Shown: positions 43,785 to 56,624, counted from the first letter of the stretch. The stretch is DNA of 64,000 nt from Octopus vulgaris (GCA_951406725.2 OX597825.1:54002001-54066000), one strand, 5' to 3'. Program-made: numbers and translations. The notes: generated by a model not told the origin, from the sequence alone.

Positions 43785-45548
43785 GAAATCCGGGATACAT
43801 ATGATTCATAGCTAGTGGAACCTCAGTAATGGAAAAATCCAAAATGAGGTGTATACCGCTGACTACCCTTCAGGCCGAGTATATCTTGATTAGATTAACG
43901 GTTACATAACCACAAGGAGGTAAATGTCGATGCAAAGCTTCAATCAAAGTGTGTAGAGGACACAGTATGTAAGGCATATATAAATGAGTGGAGAAATAAG
44001 TAATAGAAGGGAAGAAAGAAGAGAGAGAAAATAAATAAATAAATAAAATGAGATAGAATAATATATACGAGAGTGAGAGAAAAGAGGAATTGGACGGGTC
44101 GGTGGTAGATAATAAAGTAGTTTTAGCTTAATCACAGAATTCTATAATGCTATTGGCATTTAAAGAGAAAAGAAATTGGAGAGGAGAGGGTGGGGAAGTT
44201 GTTTTGATCGTGGAGGACAAAAGAAAGTATGTATGAATAAAGCAAGGTAGGGTGGGGAGTTTAAGTACGACTAGTTGTTTTATGGTCAAAGGCATAAATT
44301 GGTACAAAAAAAGGATACAAGCGAAGTGGTGAAGATGTCTCTAGCCGTATGTACTTGTATGTTTACGAATGGAGGGGGTAGGAGGGGAGGGAGTAAAAAT
44401 ATAAGAAGGGAAATATATTTTAGGTAGTAAGTAAAAATACGATTAAGGAATTAAAATGGGAGAAAAATATTGTTGGTTTAATACGCAGTGGTAGTGAGGG
44501 GTGGATGAGTGGAAAAAGAATATGGGAAGACAAAAGCGGGATGAGGTTGCAATCATTTGTATTTCGAGAATAGATTTAGTACTCGATGTTTGCAGGTGAA
44601 AATTACACTGCTACGTTCATTGGATTGCAAAATTGCCATGACCTCGGCTATGCAGGAATCGAAATTATTATTAGGTCCTCTGTAAAATTTAGCGTGGGTG
44701 ATTGTGGACCATTTAAGAGTGTAAATAGTTGAGTCAAGTTAGTTTATTGATTAGTTGAGATAATGGATGTACCGTTTGATTTTTAAAGGATTTTAAGCGA
44801 GAGTAGTGATTGCTCACACTAGCTTTGAAGGTAGAGCTACATGAGCCGATGTAAATGTAGTTTCAGTTCTTAGTTGATACTGTGCACTTATAAACTATGT
44901 TTTTCATGAGACAGCGGTTATCTAAAGGATAGAAGTTTGGATGTCTGAAACTGCATAGGTGAGTGTGGGGGTGTTCACCATAAAACCACTAACCGTACCT
45001 AAATTCCCCACCCTACCTTGCTTTATTTAGACATACTTTCTTTTGTCCCCCCACGGCCAAAACTATTTCCCCACCCTCTCCAATTTCTTTTCTCTTAAAA
45101 TGTCAATCGCACTATTAAATTCTGTGAATAAGCTTAAACTATTTTATTATGTACAACTGACCCGTCCATTTCCGCCTTTCTCTCACACTCCTATATTTTA
45201 TTTTATTTATTTATTTTTCTCTTCCTTCTTCCCTTCTATTACTTAATTTCCGCTCAATTATATGCCCTCACATAGTGTGCCCACCACATATTATGATTGA
45301 AACTTTGCATCAACATGTACCTCCTGGCGACAATGTAAACATTAATCTAATCAAGATATCCTCAGCCTTAATAGTAGACAGTGGTGTACACCTCATTTGG
45401 ATTTTATTACTTCTAAGGTCCCATTCGCTATGAAACATATGTATCGCGGATTTCCTATGGTTGCCTGGTTGCCTACCGAGGAACATATAAAGAACTTTGT
45501 TTCAGCTCATCGATAAAAGGAAAAATCCGCAACCTTCCGTCTCAATAA
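43785..45548 (-). mobile_element. Truncated Penelope-like element: inverted ~490-bp terminal repeats flanking a GIY-YIG endonuclease remnant
   Basis: Arms ~43785-44286 and ~44977-45456 are diverged reverse complements. The right arm runs on to AATAAA at ~45544. The spacer encodes the endonuclease. Confidence 0.88.
44552..44955 (-). pseudogene. GIY-YIG endonuclease remnant (Penelope/Neptune-like), absent from the ORF track
   Basis: Manual translation CSFRHPNFYPLDNRCLMKNIVYKCTVSTKN*NYIYIGSCSSTFKASVSNHYS...(frameshift)LKWSTITHAKFY...DSCIAEVMAIL...FTCKHR. Confidence 0.85.
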
Positions 45549-45671
45549 ACGAATATTGTTCCTGAAAAATGTTTATTTATATTCACTACGGATTGCTCAA
45601 AGCTAACTTTCTTCCTGCAGCTAGATCCCTGGATCTTACATTTATTACATTTATACATAATATATTTATTC

Positions 45672-45760
<89 letters not shown>

Positions 45761-45772
45761 GTATACATGTAT

Positions 45773-46150
45773 AGGCGCAGGAATGGCTTTGTAGTAAGAT
45801 GCTTGCTTTCCAACCACATGGTTCCGGGTTCAGCCCCACTTTATGCCCCCTTGGGCAAGTGTTTCCTTCTATAGCCAGGCGCCGACCATAGCTTGTGAGT
45901 GGATTTAGTAGACGGAAACTGAAAGAAGCCCGTCGTATATTTGTGTATGTGCCTGTATTTGTCCTCCCACCGTCGCTTGACAATCAATGTTGATGTGTTT
46001 ACGTCACCGTAAATTAGCGGTTGGGCAAAAGAGATCGATAGAATAAGTATCAGGCTTCCAAAGAATAAGTCCTGGGGTCGATTTGTTCGAATAAAGGTGG
46101 TTCTCCAGCATGGTAGCAGCCAAATGACTAAAACAGCTAAAAAATAAAAG
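45773..46150 (+). mobile_element. Full-length tRNA-derived SINE
   Basis: Head aggcgcaggaatggctttgtagtaag, B-box-like gggttcagcccc, core ccttgggcaagtgt, A-rich tail. Partial copies at 6.1, 7.6 and 17.8 kb. Confidence 0.88.
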
Positions 46151-46399
46151 AATATATACATATGCACTTGTGCATTTTCATGTCTTACGCAGCAGTCACT
46201 GAACGAGAAATTAATTCAGTACATGGCCTATATAAACCACGGTAATAGAGATATGAACTAATTTTAGTTGCAGTATTCACAAGGCAAAACGAGACTTAAT
46301 ATACAACATTAAAAATATAATCTGGTTTAATAGGGAAATCTATTATATTGTTTAGATCAGATTTTCTTAACACGGGGTGAGGGGGTGATCGCTGGGGCG

Positions 46400-47311
46400 T
46401 GGATTTTGGGGTTTTCTCGGAGTGTCACGGAGGGTTTGGGAGAAAGCAATCTATTTCATACATTTGAGGTATAGCACGGCAGCACTGAAATATAAAATTC
46501 AACTTTACCAGAAAAGGGTTCAGTACGGTGACACAACATTCTTTCCTCTTACTGCTTCTCTTCCCCTTCATCTGGAGCTTCCTCATTACGCTTCTCTTGC
46601 TGTTCCGTTGATTCACCCATTTTTTTTTGGGGGGGGGGGGCTTGTCCTTCAGGTTAAAGGGTCTGGGGCACTTTATCCTTATGTGACCCTTCAGTCCGCA
46701 CTCGAAATATCTCATTAATCTCAGAGCGCACCATGCCAATCCTCACTCTTACCACTCCTTTCCTGAGATATGTTGGCTGGATCGTCCATTTTTCTGTCTT
46801 CAATGCCACAGTGGAGCACATAACTGCCCCCTCCTCAGTAGGGAAGCGTATCACCACTTCACCAAACCTTCCTCCTCTGCAGCAAAATTCAATATCACTC
46901 CTTACATCCTCCAAGCCATCTCCACCTCCGGATTGTCTGTAACAGGGCTCTATAAAACACCATTTTCTCTCTCTTACTCCGTTATATCTTTGAGTGGAGT
47001 CATTTCTAATCTTGCCCCCTCTCTTTGAATTAATACCTGGCTGCCTCTCACCATTTCAAAGTCGACAGACACTTCCTTGACTTCCATTTGTCTCACAGCA
47101 GCTGTTATATTCTCTCGGCCTGCCACTGAAGTGCAGCTTCCGATACACTTTTGCAGCTCTTCCACTTCTCACTGCGACTTTCGCTCCCATTGGGATTTAA
47201 CAACTCCAACAAAGTTTTAATAATTGCAACCCCGCTAGTGAGGACTTTAAACAAAGGACAACCTATCCGCAACGACAACAATTCAACACTGAGCGATTCA
47301 ATGCTTTTCAA
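46400..47311 (-). pseudogene. Degenerate gag/ORF1-like zinc-knuckle coding remnant, copy A
   Basis: ORFs 46654-46914 (VALKTEKWTIQPTYLRKGVVRVRIGMVRSEINE) and 46425-46739 (YFECGLKGHIRIKCP, a CX2CX4HX4C knuckle with the first C changed to Y). Paralogous to 48190-48570. Confidence 0.65.
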
Positions 47312-48189
47312 GGTCGCGTTGCTTCTTTAATGGGTACAGAGGCCCGAACACAGAGGGGACGGTACAAAGACAGACAGAATGATACAAGTGGGGACAAAAA
47401 ACATGAAGCGAATGAATGAAAATGGATTTATATAATGGATGGCGGTGTAATGGCTTCTCGAACCCCTACTATCGAGTAGTACCATTTTAACTATATTTTC
47501 CTCTTTTTTATACCAAGGTTTATCAAATTAATTCATCTTAATATAAAAAATATGGTTTCAATTGTTCAGTTTCTATCACAGGTGGTAGACAATCGTATCT
47601 TATCTCTCGTCCTAGTGCGTTCACGTCATCGCCAAACCTTGCTTTTAATTTTTTTTTTGTAATTCTTTAAGTCTATCACTATACTATCCATACCTGGTAC
47701 GGGTAAATCATAGTCCTGTACAATTTTTATAACCGTCTATATTTTTAAAAATTTTATTCTCAATGGCCTTGCTCCTCCAATAGCTAGTTAAATACGCCCA
47801 ATGTTTATAACTGGCCTGTAATCCTTGTGTGTCTGTTTGGTGTGTGTTTGTGTGTCTGCATGAGTGTCTGCATGTGTGTCTGCATGTGTGTCTCCTTGTG
47901 TATATTTGACTGGAATTTCTGGGCTGTCTGTGTGTTCTTGAGTATACTTGTCTGGAGATTCTGTGCTGTCAGGTGTTTTCTTCTATTTTTGTTGTAATGG
48001 GATATAGTATGTGGGTGCTTGTATATTACTTACTTCAATTTTTTTTAGTTCTTTGGGTATGAGTAGATTTTAATGTCCTTCCTCTTTCTGTTTTGTACTT
48101 CCTGGAATCATTCTTCTCTGCTTTCTACATTTGCTTTTTAGTATTTTCTTTTAATTTCTCGTCTCTGTAATTTTCTTCTTGTATCTCCC

Positions 48190-48570
48190 CTATTGGCTGT
48201 TAAGAAGGGGATAAAGTGCCTTTATGTTTCCCTTCTTTCTGAAGTGGTAGGAGATGAGAGGTCTTCCCTCTACCACCATACACAGCTTCAGCTCGTCTGG
48301 TAGCTCTTTCTCTTCGGTAATTCCCTGTAAGTCCAGAGGAGTGGCATGAATTATAACTTCCAGGCCGTATCCCCAGCACTTCAATTGTTTGGTGCGGCTT
48401 ACCTGCAGCACCACAGGGTCCTCCTTTTTATCTCTTAAGATTGCTGCAAGCAGCCACACCTCATTAATCTCAGGTTGCTCTCTGCCAATGCTCACTCTTG
48501 CTACTCATTTCCCGAGATATGTTGGAAGGAGTGCCCATTTTTCTGTTTTCAGTGTTACAGTCTTGGCATA
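48190..48570 (-). pseudogene. Degenerate gag/ORF1-like remnant, copy B
   Basis: TVTLKTEKWALLPTYLGK*VARVSIGREQPEINEVWLLAAIL...VVEGRPLISYHFRKKGNIKALYP aligns with copy A; knuckle decayed. Confidence 0.65.
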
Positions 48571-49532
48571 TTAGTTTAAATTCTGTGGATTTCATCGGTA
48601 AGTGACTATTCCCTGTAACTGTTTACGAAAATATTGTCTATAAAAACTATCACTGTTATATTTATGTAAATTGGATAGATTAATTTGTAAATGTAATATC
48701 ATGTCGGTGGCTAGCTACAGTATGAATTTATCATTGCATTAAAACTTTTGTATTAATGCTACATTGTGATATGAAGGATATCTATATATAATTTAGATAA
48801 CATCGTGAGTAATAGACTGGTGTAAATATTTCGTTTTTAATATAAAATAGCTTATATGTAAGTCGCTATTTAAAACTGTAATAGCTTAAATACTCAACTA
48901 TTTCAGCTTTATCTTGTTTCCAGTCCGATACTCTTGCATCTCAAACCTATCTGGCATACAAATGTGGATCTATTTATACGACATCATATTTTGGCAAAGA
49001 CAACGACCACAAAGATACATTCAATACATTGAGCCAATGAATGCCAATATATGAGAGTAAAGTAATGGAAAAGAGTATGTAAAACATGTTTAAAATAAGT
49101 AGTTATTGACTTTGGCCCATAAAAGTTATTGCTTTTATTTTCAAAGATATGATTATTTCAAATACAATCCAGTGTTTGTAAATATTTGTGCGTTGGTTAC
49201 ATGTTTCAAAGAGTTAATAACATTTCTGCGAAGTATGGTTGAGGGATAAAATGTTACTTTGGCAGAACCAATATCACCTACGACATTCATTTAAAACCAA
49301 CGGCTTAAGCGTTTTTCTCATAGTTGCTTAAAACTTCCGCTGTTATTGGTGAAATACATATAGAGCCATACAGACACACACACCATGCACACACTCACGT
49401 TTATGTATACATACATACATACATACATACATACATACATACATACATACATACATACATACATACATACATGCATGCATACATACATACATACTTACAT
49501 ACATATATATATATACATACATAGGTACGTAT

Positions 49533-50700
49533 ATAAAGGTCATCCCGTAAGTTCAGTCTGAATTTTTAATAAAGAAAACAAGTGATCAAATTTTATACTT
49601 AATTGAAATTTTATCATCAATGTACTTTCCCTGATTATCTATGACTTCCTTCCATCTATTTACAAGCTTTTTAATCCCATCAGTGTAAAACTCTTTTGGT
49701 TTCAAAGCGAAGAACTCTGGATTATCATTTTCGACCTTCTCCTTGCTTGCGAAAGTTATGTCCCCCAAATGATTCTGTAAACTGCGTAACAAATGGTAGT
49801 CTGAAGGAGCTAGGTCGGGAGAATAAGGTAGACGAGGAATTTTATCCCAACCAAAATCTTCAATCTTCTGTGATTGATCTTTGCAGTGTGGGGTCGCGCA
49901 TTGTCTTGATGAAACATCACTCCTTTTCGATTCACTAAAGCGTGTCTTCTTTTCTTCAAAGCTTGGTTCAAACGCTCTAATTGCTGACAGTAGAATTAAG
50001 CATTGATTTTGCATTAGGTGGCAACAATTCAAAGTGAATTACTCCTTTGCAATCGCACCAGATAGAGAGAAGAGCCCTTTTTCCATGAAGTTCCCTTCTC
50101 GGTTGTGGTTGAGCTTTTTCGTTTTTACCAAGAACACTGTTTACGACGTTTAACATTTCGATAGAAGATGCATTTTTCGTCACCAGTCACAAGTCTATCC
50201 AAAAAGAGTGAAATGAGTTCGCAATAATGAAGAGAAGAGCAGATATCAACTCGGTATTTGCGATTGCTTTCGGACAATTCATGAGGCACTCATTTTCCAT
50301 GTTTAGGAACCTTTCCAAGTTGTTGAAGATGAGGATGAACAATTGTATGGTTTAAACTAAGCTTTATTGTCAATTCTTCAACTGATAATGCAGGATTTTC
50401 TTCAAATAATGCCTCAAGCAGCTGATCATCAAACTCAACCTGACATCCTGTTCGATTTTCATCTACAAGCCTAAAATCTCCACTTCTGAATTTTGCAAAC
50501 CCTCTTCTGCAAGTTCTTTCATTCAAGCATTCTTTCTCATAAATTGAGAGTATGTTTCAGGTTGCTTCGGCTGCAGAATTTCCATTTTTGTACTCATAAA
50601 GCATTTCGTGCCTTAAATGCTGTTTGGGTACTTCCATATAAGAAAGGGTGTTAATCAAAGTAATTATGTATAATATTTATATTCTGTATAATATTTAATT
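49533..50700 (-). mobile_element. Degenerate mariner transposon, near-complete transposase pseudogene
   Basis: ORFs 50290-50526 (FAKFRSGDFRLVDENRTG), LVTGDEK near 50180, 49977-50183 (LLSIWCDCKGVIHFELL), 49586-50032 (PYSPDLAPSDYHLLRSLQNHL, FYTDGIKKLVNRWKEVIDNQGKY). A matching 5' TIR was not found. Confidence 0.92.
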
Positions 50701-50771
50701 AGCTTGAATATCACAAATACATAAACATAGTTTCTAGTGAGCAAACATGTTTGTGTGTGTAAAGATATTTA

Positions 50772-51140
50772 TACATTGGGGCTACCGAAATGTAATCTCA
50801 CATTTCGTTTAATAGGTATTCAAGTAAGGATAAGATACAACGTAAATATATTTATTTATTTATACAATATATATTTCAATTGCTATTTTTAACACTTTCT
50901 AACCTAACCTCGAAACCAGTTTTGTAATACTTCGTACAAAAAGAAATCAGTTTCTGTAGAAAAGAAAATGTTTCGTGTGCCATTTCAATATCGTCCAACT
51001 CAACTTTTTTGGTACTGATAAAATGTTCAAATGACCTGAATAATTGAAAATAGCATGGTGAGAATAATAGGTAAAGTTGAGCTTCCTATGCTAATGAATT
51101 TCTCATTCTAAGGCTTATTTTTGCTGAACGTGATTCTATT
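50772..51140 (-). mobile_element. Older mariner 3' fragment
   Basis: Minus-strand pieces PYYS...FQLFRSFEHFISTKKVELDDIEMA...VKNSN*NIY parallel the C-terminus of the adjacent mariner. Confidence 0.5.
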
Positions 51141-51329
51141 CTCGGGGAGCAGCTCATGAGTCACACATGTCGCTCTCCTGTACATATTCCCAATGTTGTT
51201 AATAGGATATGGCACAGAGAACAAATATTTTATTAAACCACCAAGATAAGTACTCATAAATTCTGACGTGCATTTTGTGTGTGACCTCAGACTATCTCCT
51301 TGAGAATACGACGTCTTTCCAGTATCTTA

Positions 51330-51387
<58 letters not shown>

Positions 51388-51755
51388 CACTCGTATATAT
51401 GTATGTATACATATATTACGAGTGCTCATTTAGGTTTACCACTAGAAGTCCACCTAAATCAAATGTCCTTTTCAAGTGATGACAAACGTTATGCTTTCTC
51501 ATTTTTACTTTAATCTATAACTACCTACTGAAGGAAAAACCATTTCTAACCGCCTCTGATAGGCAGTCTCAGCACCACACTGACAGATGCAGTTTAACCT
51601 GGAGTTTTAGTGGTAAACCTGAACACTCCTAGTACATATCTGTTACTTTGTGTCAGTTAACGAAAACTCCTCGTATATTAATTATGTATGTATGTATGAA
51701 AATATATGCGTGTGTGCGTGAGTGTGAGTGTCTGTGAGTATACATATACATATAC

Positions 51756-51817
<62 letters not shown>

Positions 51818-51821
51818 GTAT

Positions 51822-52153
51822 TAGGTAGGTAGGTACATAGGTAGGAAGGTAGGTAGGTAGGTAGGTAGGTAGGTAGGTAGGTAGGTAGGTAGGTAGGTAG
51901 GTTGGTAGGTAGGTAGGTAGGTAGGTAGGTAGCTAGGTAGGTAGGTAGGTAGGTAGGTAGGTAGGTAGGTAGGTAGGTAGGTAGGTAGGTAAGTAGGTAG
52001 GTAGATAGGTAGGTAGGTAGGTAGGTAGGTAGGTAGGTAGGTAGGTAGGTAGGTAGGTAGGTAGGTAGCTAGCTAGCTAGCTAGCTAGGTAGGTAGGTAG
52101 GTAGGTAGGTAGGTAGGTAGGTAGGTAGGTAGGCAGGCAGGCAGGTAGGTAGG
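51822..52153. repeat. (GGTA)n tetranucleotide array with GCTA/GGCA variants
   Basis: Read directly. Confidence 0.95.
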
Positions 52154-53279
52154 CATATTAAACTACTAGATATATTTAGATTAAAAATTCGTTTTCACTG
52201 GAACTAAACCCGTGTGTAAAAAAATTATTTCTGGGTACATAATGATAGAATATAAAAGATGGAAAGCTTCATCGCATAGATTATAAGCGCTACTTAGTGA
52301 GCGCCAGCTAATAAAATGTGCAAGAAATGTGTTCGGTCCTATTCTTTTGAATGAATATTTCTGCCTGCAGAAATGAAACTTTGAAGTAGGGTTTTCTAAA
52401 GGCATTTTATTGGAACCTTAAGCATTGATAATTGATGAGACCTGAGATGTATTCAGATTGTAATCATAAAGGAAAGTGTACGCAACCGGAAGTAAATTAT
52501 CTTATAGATTTTAGTTACTGCAGTATGTAGAGAGAAAGATATAGAGAGAGGGGAAAGAGAGGAAGAGAGAGAGGGTGAAAGAGAAAAAGAGAGAGTGGGA
52601 AAAGAGAAAGAGAGATAGAGATGGAGAAAATATTAGTATATAGTAAAGAGAGAGAAGCAGAGAATGTTTCTGGCGGTAAGGGAGATCGAATAAATAAAAC
52701 AACAAATCGCAAGGGCATCATTTATGGCGGAAACAAAATATTTTATTAAAAAATATCGGCAATTAAACCTTTGATCTTTTTCCAAATTCTTGTCTCTTGA
52801 AACTGTTATGTATGAGCTAATTTTATTTGTTGTTTTTTTTCTTAAGAGGTGTCTAAGACACTTAATATTAATCTATCGGGAGAACAGTAGAGACTTTGCA
52901 GTAATGGTACCGTTAATAATGAATGTATTGATATTAGCTGTCATATAAACTATATTGATAATAATCATCTTGCTACTCTAATTGCTAATGTTTGTCAAAC
53001 TAAATCATGGCCTGAGACAGTCTAGATAATAGACAACCGCAGCAATTACCAAATTATGTTTATTTTATGTGTAACTCGATTCCGTGTTCTATATTCAGTA
53101 GAGGAATTCTTGCTGTTCAATGCCCCGGGGTCATTCAAATAAATACCTATAGTAGACAGTAATACTTAAGAAAATTATATTTCTGAAATATCAAAGTTTC
53201 TAATGTTTTGTTGTTGTTGTTGTTGTGGTGGTGGTGGTGGTGATTAGTGGGGATAGTAGTTGGGGTAGTTGTGTTCCAC

Positions 53280-53481
53280 CACAAGTCAGTTCCTCTGTGC
53301 CCATACAACGTTGTTGAACATCAAGTACGTCATCATCCAGATTCGTTTTTCTACCGAAAGTGTGTTCACGATGGTTTGACTGATTTTCTCGCTTATCAAA
53401 CAAATTAGTAGGAAACGAGTTGCGGATGGAACTCTGACCAAGGCAAAATTTCACAAGTAGGCAATGTCTTTTAAATCTCAT
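53280..53481 (-). pseudogene. Mariner transposase N-terminal (HTH) remnant
   Basis: MRFKRHCLLVKFCLGQS...GRKTNLDDDVL...TEEL resembles the N-terminus of the 49.5-50.7 kb mariner. Confidence 0.5.
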
Positions 53482-54844
53482 ATATCAAAAAGCGGTATAT
53501 ATCAGACAAAATATTGCTGTTTTTGTGGGTTTGTCTTGCGACATTATTAATACCTCGGAATATGTTAGACACTCTCGTGCATTTAGAAGTTCATTTGCTC
53601 TTTGTTCTGTTGAAGATTTTAAATCAACAAAGTAGATAAAGTTAACACATTCTACAATGATTTGTAATAATAAAAGAGAAATTGTTAATAATCAATATTG
53701 TAAATTACATAAAACTAACACTTCCTGCAATTTAGGTTGTGGAATAGACGCATAATTAGCTTTATAGATGTAAATGGAAAATGAGTATGTCGTATTTGGG
53801 TAAATTTAGTTACTGGTATTTTGTTAGAGGTCAAATATACAATATGTGACTTCGATTTAATATACAAAATTGTAGTGCTATAGTTACGGAAGACATGAAT
53901 AGATAGGCGGAATGTTAGTGTCTAAAGAACTGCTTGATTCACTGGAACAGGTTTTAGTACCCCAAAAATTAATGTGCACATTTTCGATGATTGAAATTAA
54001 TGTAGTAATAAAATGCTTTGTCACTCTTAAAAGTAAGGGATTACTCAATAGAGAACAGAAAATTATAGATAACGATTCTCTATGAGTAAAAGGAGAACGT
54101 ATTTACATCATCGAGGGATTTTCTGGCTAAGAAAAGTACACCTGATGAGGAATTCTGTAAGAGTTAATGTGAAAGGAAACACTTCACTAATTTAAAGACA
54201 TTTGCGTTATGTAATTGGAGAACCAAAATTGGTTATGTGATAAGAATTGGATATGTCGATATTACTTGCTAATTTGATAATCTGCATTCGATATAGCAAT
54301 GACCGACTCAACTTAACCCCATTGCTTTTTGTGAATATCAGGAATTTTGGAACAATAACCTAATCGTAATTGTTCGCTACTTAAATGAGAAACATTGTCT
54401 TGTAACAATTTTCAAAGCTAACATAAAAATAACGAAAGACAAATGAAAATTATTATACAGTGTTTCAAAGTTATGCATCGACTTCTCAGGAAGGAATTTC
54501 GAGTCACTAAAAATATTTGTTCAAACTACACATATGCTAAAAGTTATTTGATGTGATGCCAAATAATGCTTCCGATGTCTTGGAACTCGTGTTCTTCATT
54601 TATTTCAAATTGGATCCAACATTCACATTCAAGTTTAGTAGAATATCTAAAGAATATTTATTTTGTAGAGGGCATTAAATCGTTCGGACAGATAGAGGAT
54701 AAAAAGGCGGACAAGAGAAACAAGAATTACAAGGACAGGCAAAAAAAGACGGGTCATTCTTGGCTTATATACAAACCTATATATTCATGAGTGTGTCTGT
54801 ATAAATAAAAATATGCAGTGTATATATAAGTATATATATATGCA

Positions 54845-54900
<56 letters not shown>

Positions 54901-54904
54901 TATA

Positions 54905-55375
54905 TAAGAGTTAAGGAATGGAATAGATTATATCAGGGCTATATATATATATGATAGCGACCGGAATGTCGGAAGTGGTAAATATCTAGGCGAGGTGTAT
55001 ACCGCAGGTTAATCTTCAGGCCAAGGGTATTGTATATATTCTCCAGTTCTCCACACTAACCTTGCTCTCTACACGCTCTCATCGAATCACCTGTGTGTTG
55101 ACATATATCTCCTTACGACAACGTAAACTTCATTTCATCAACATACCCTTGGCCTGAAGTAGCCTTCGGATACACCTCATTTTGATATTTACCACTTCCG
55201 AGATTCCTCTCGCAATGAAACATACGTAGTTCAGATATTATCTACACCATTCCTTAACTTTTATATTTTATTAGCATACCTGGCAACCCTGCCTGCCTAC
55301 TGTGAAATATAAAACCTTTTTCAGCTAACCATTCTTCGATACAGAAGAAATTCACAACCGTCCGTATCAATAAAT
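54905..55375. mobile_element. Short fold-back derivative of the 43.8-45.5 kb Penelope-like family
   Basis: Arms ~54905-55031 / ~55143-55265. Shares ggcctgaag...tacacctc...gaaacata(t/c)gta and the tail tgcctac...tataaa...tttcagct...caacc...tccgt.tcaataaa with 45360-45548. Confidence 0.8.
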
Positions 55376-55449
55376 CATTATGTTCTACGGCTTGCTATAA
55401 GCTGACCTTCTTCCTACACTTCGATTCTTGGCTCATACATGTGTACACG

Positions 55450-55521
<72 letters not shown>

Positions 55522-55589
55522 ATATCAAATCTATAATTGGTAGAACCTATCATTTTAGTAGAACCCCCTGTACGGATAAGTACTGTACT

Positions 55590-55929
55590 GTATGTAGATT
55601 TAGCCCACAAACAAACTGTAGCCAGAAATGTAGTCTACGTAGTCTATAGTATAAGATGTATAGAGGGACGATGCAGTAACAAGACAACGACATACGTAGG
55701 GGAAACGGCAAGAAGCATAGGAGAGCTATGTCCACATTGGAGACAACTCAAGGAAGGTAAAAGCTCATCGATTCTGTACCAACACGCCGAACAGGAACAC
55801 GGGGGATCAATCAATAACATAAAAATTAAAATATTGTCCACACATAGAACAGATTCAACAATTAGACAAATTACAGAAGCTACACACATAATAGAAAATA
55901 AATCTAGCCTGAATAGAAAACTAGAATAG
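55590..55929 (+). pseudogene. GIY-YIG endonuclease C-terminal domain of a Penelope-like element
   Basis: [12 protein letters not shown]...YVGETARSIGE...H...SSILYQHAEQEH...KILSTH...RQITEATHI...LNRKLE. Confidence 0.88.
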
Positions 55930-56021
55930 AGCACTAGCACACACCACAACATAAGACGATAGAGGATCCCGAAAACATAATAAATACACATATAAATAAA
56001 CAAATAGAAATAAATAACTAT

Positions 56022-56054
<33 letters not shown>

Positions 56055-56376
56055 TTTCGATTCGATTTATTATTATTATTACTAGTAATGTTGTTTATAC
56101 ATACATACATACAAGCATATGTAATGATAATAATAAGTGGATATAAACACATGAACAAAATAAGAATAAACAAAAAACAACAAAAACAAAATGCAAATTA
56201 CATGAACATATATAAACGGAAGATACAAATATTACAGGCATCCCTCCACATACACACACTAAATAAACATAGACGCACATAGAGATATAAGCATGCGCAA
56301 ATGAAGACATACAGTAGAAATACAAAATGGCTGACAGTTAGTAAGGAGAGACACAACTAAGAAGGAAAAAAACAAA

Positions 56377-56421
56377 GGACCACTGATGCGGTCACAGGGG
56401 TGTGACGAAAGAACTCTGGCC
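56377..56421 (+). ncRNA. Minimal type-I hammerhead ribozyme-like motif in a putative Penelope terminal repeat
   Basis: GGACCA-CTGATGC-G-GTCACA-gggg-TGTGAC-GAAA-G-aa-CTC-TGGCC. Stems I, II and a 2-bp III can all form; non-canonical C at core position 9. Lies ~450 bp downstream of the GIY-YIG stop, same strand. Confidence 0.65.
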
Positions 56422-56566
56422 GAAATAAGATTAAGATTAATGTAAAAAATAAATAACACTGAAGCAAAATAACACCAAATATATAGTGCGTGTGTTTTTA
56501 TTGGCTAAACTGGCAATATGACCGTTCCGAAATATAACAATATATATATATATATATATATATATG

Positions 56567-56603
<37 letters not shown>

Positions 56604-56624
56604 TCTATATATGCGAGAGAGAGA

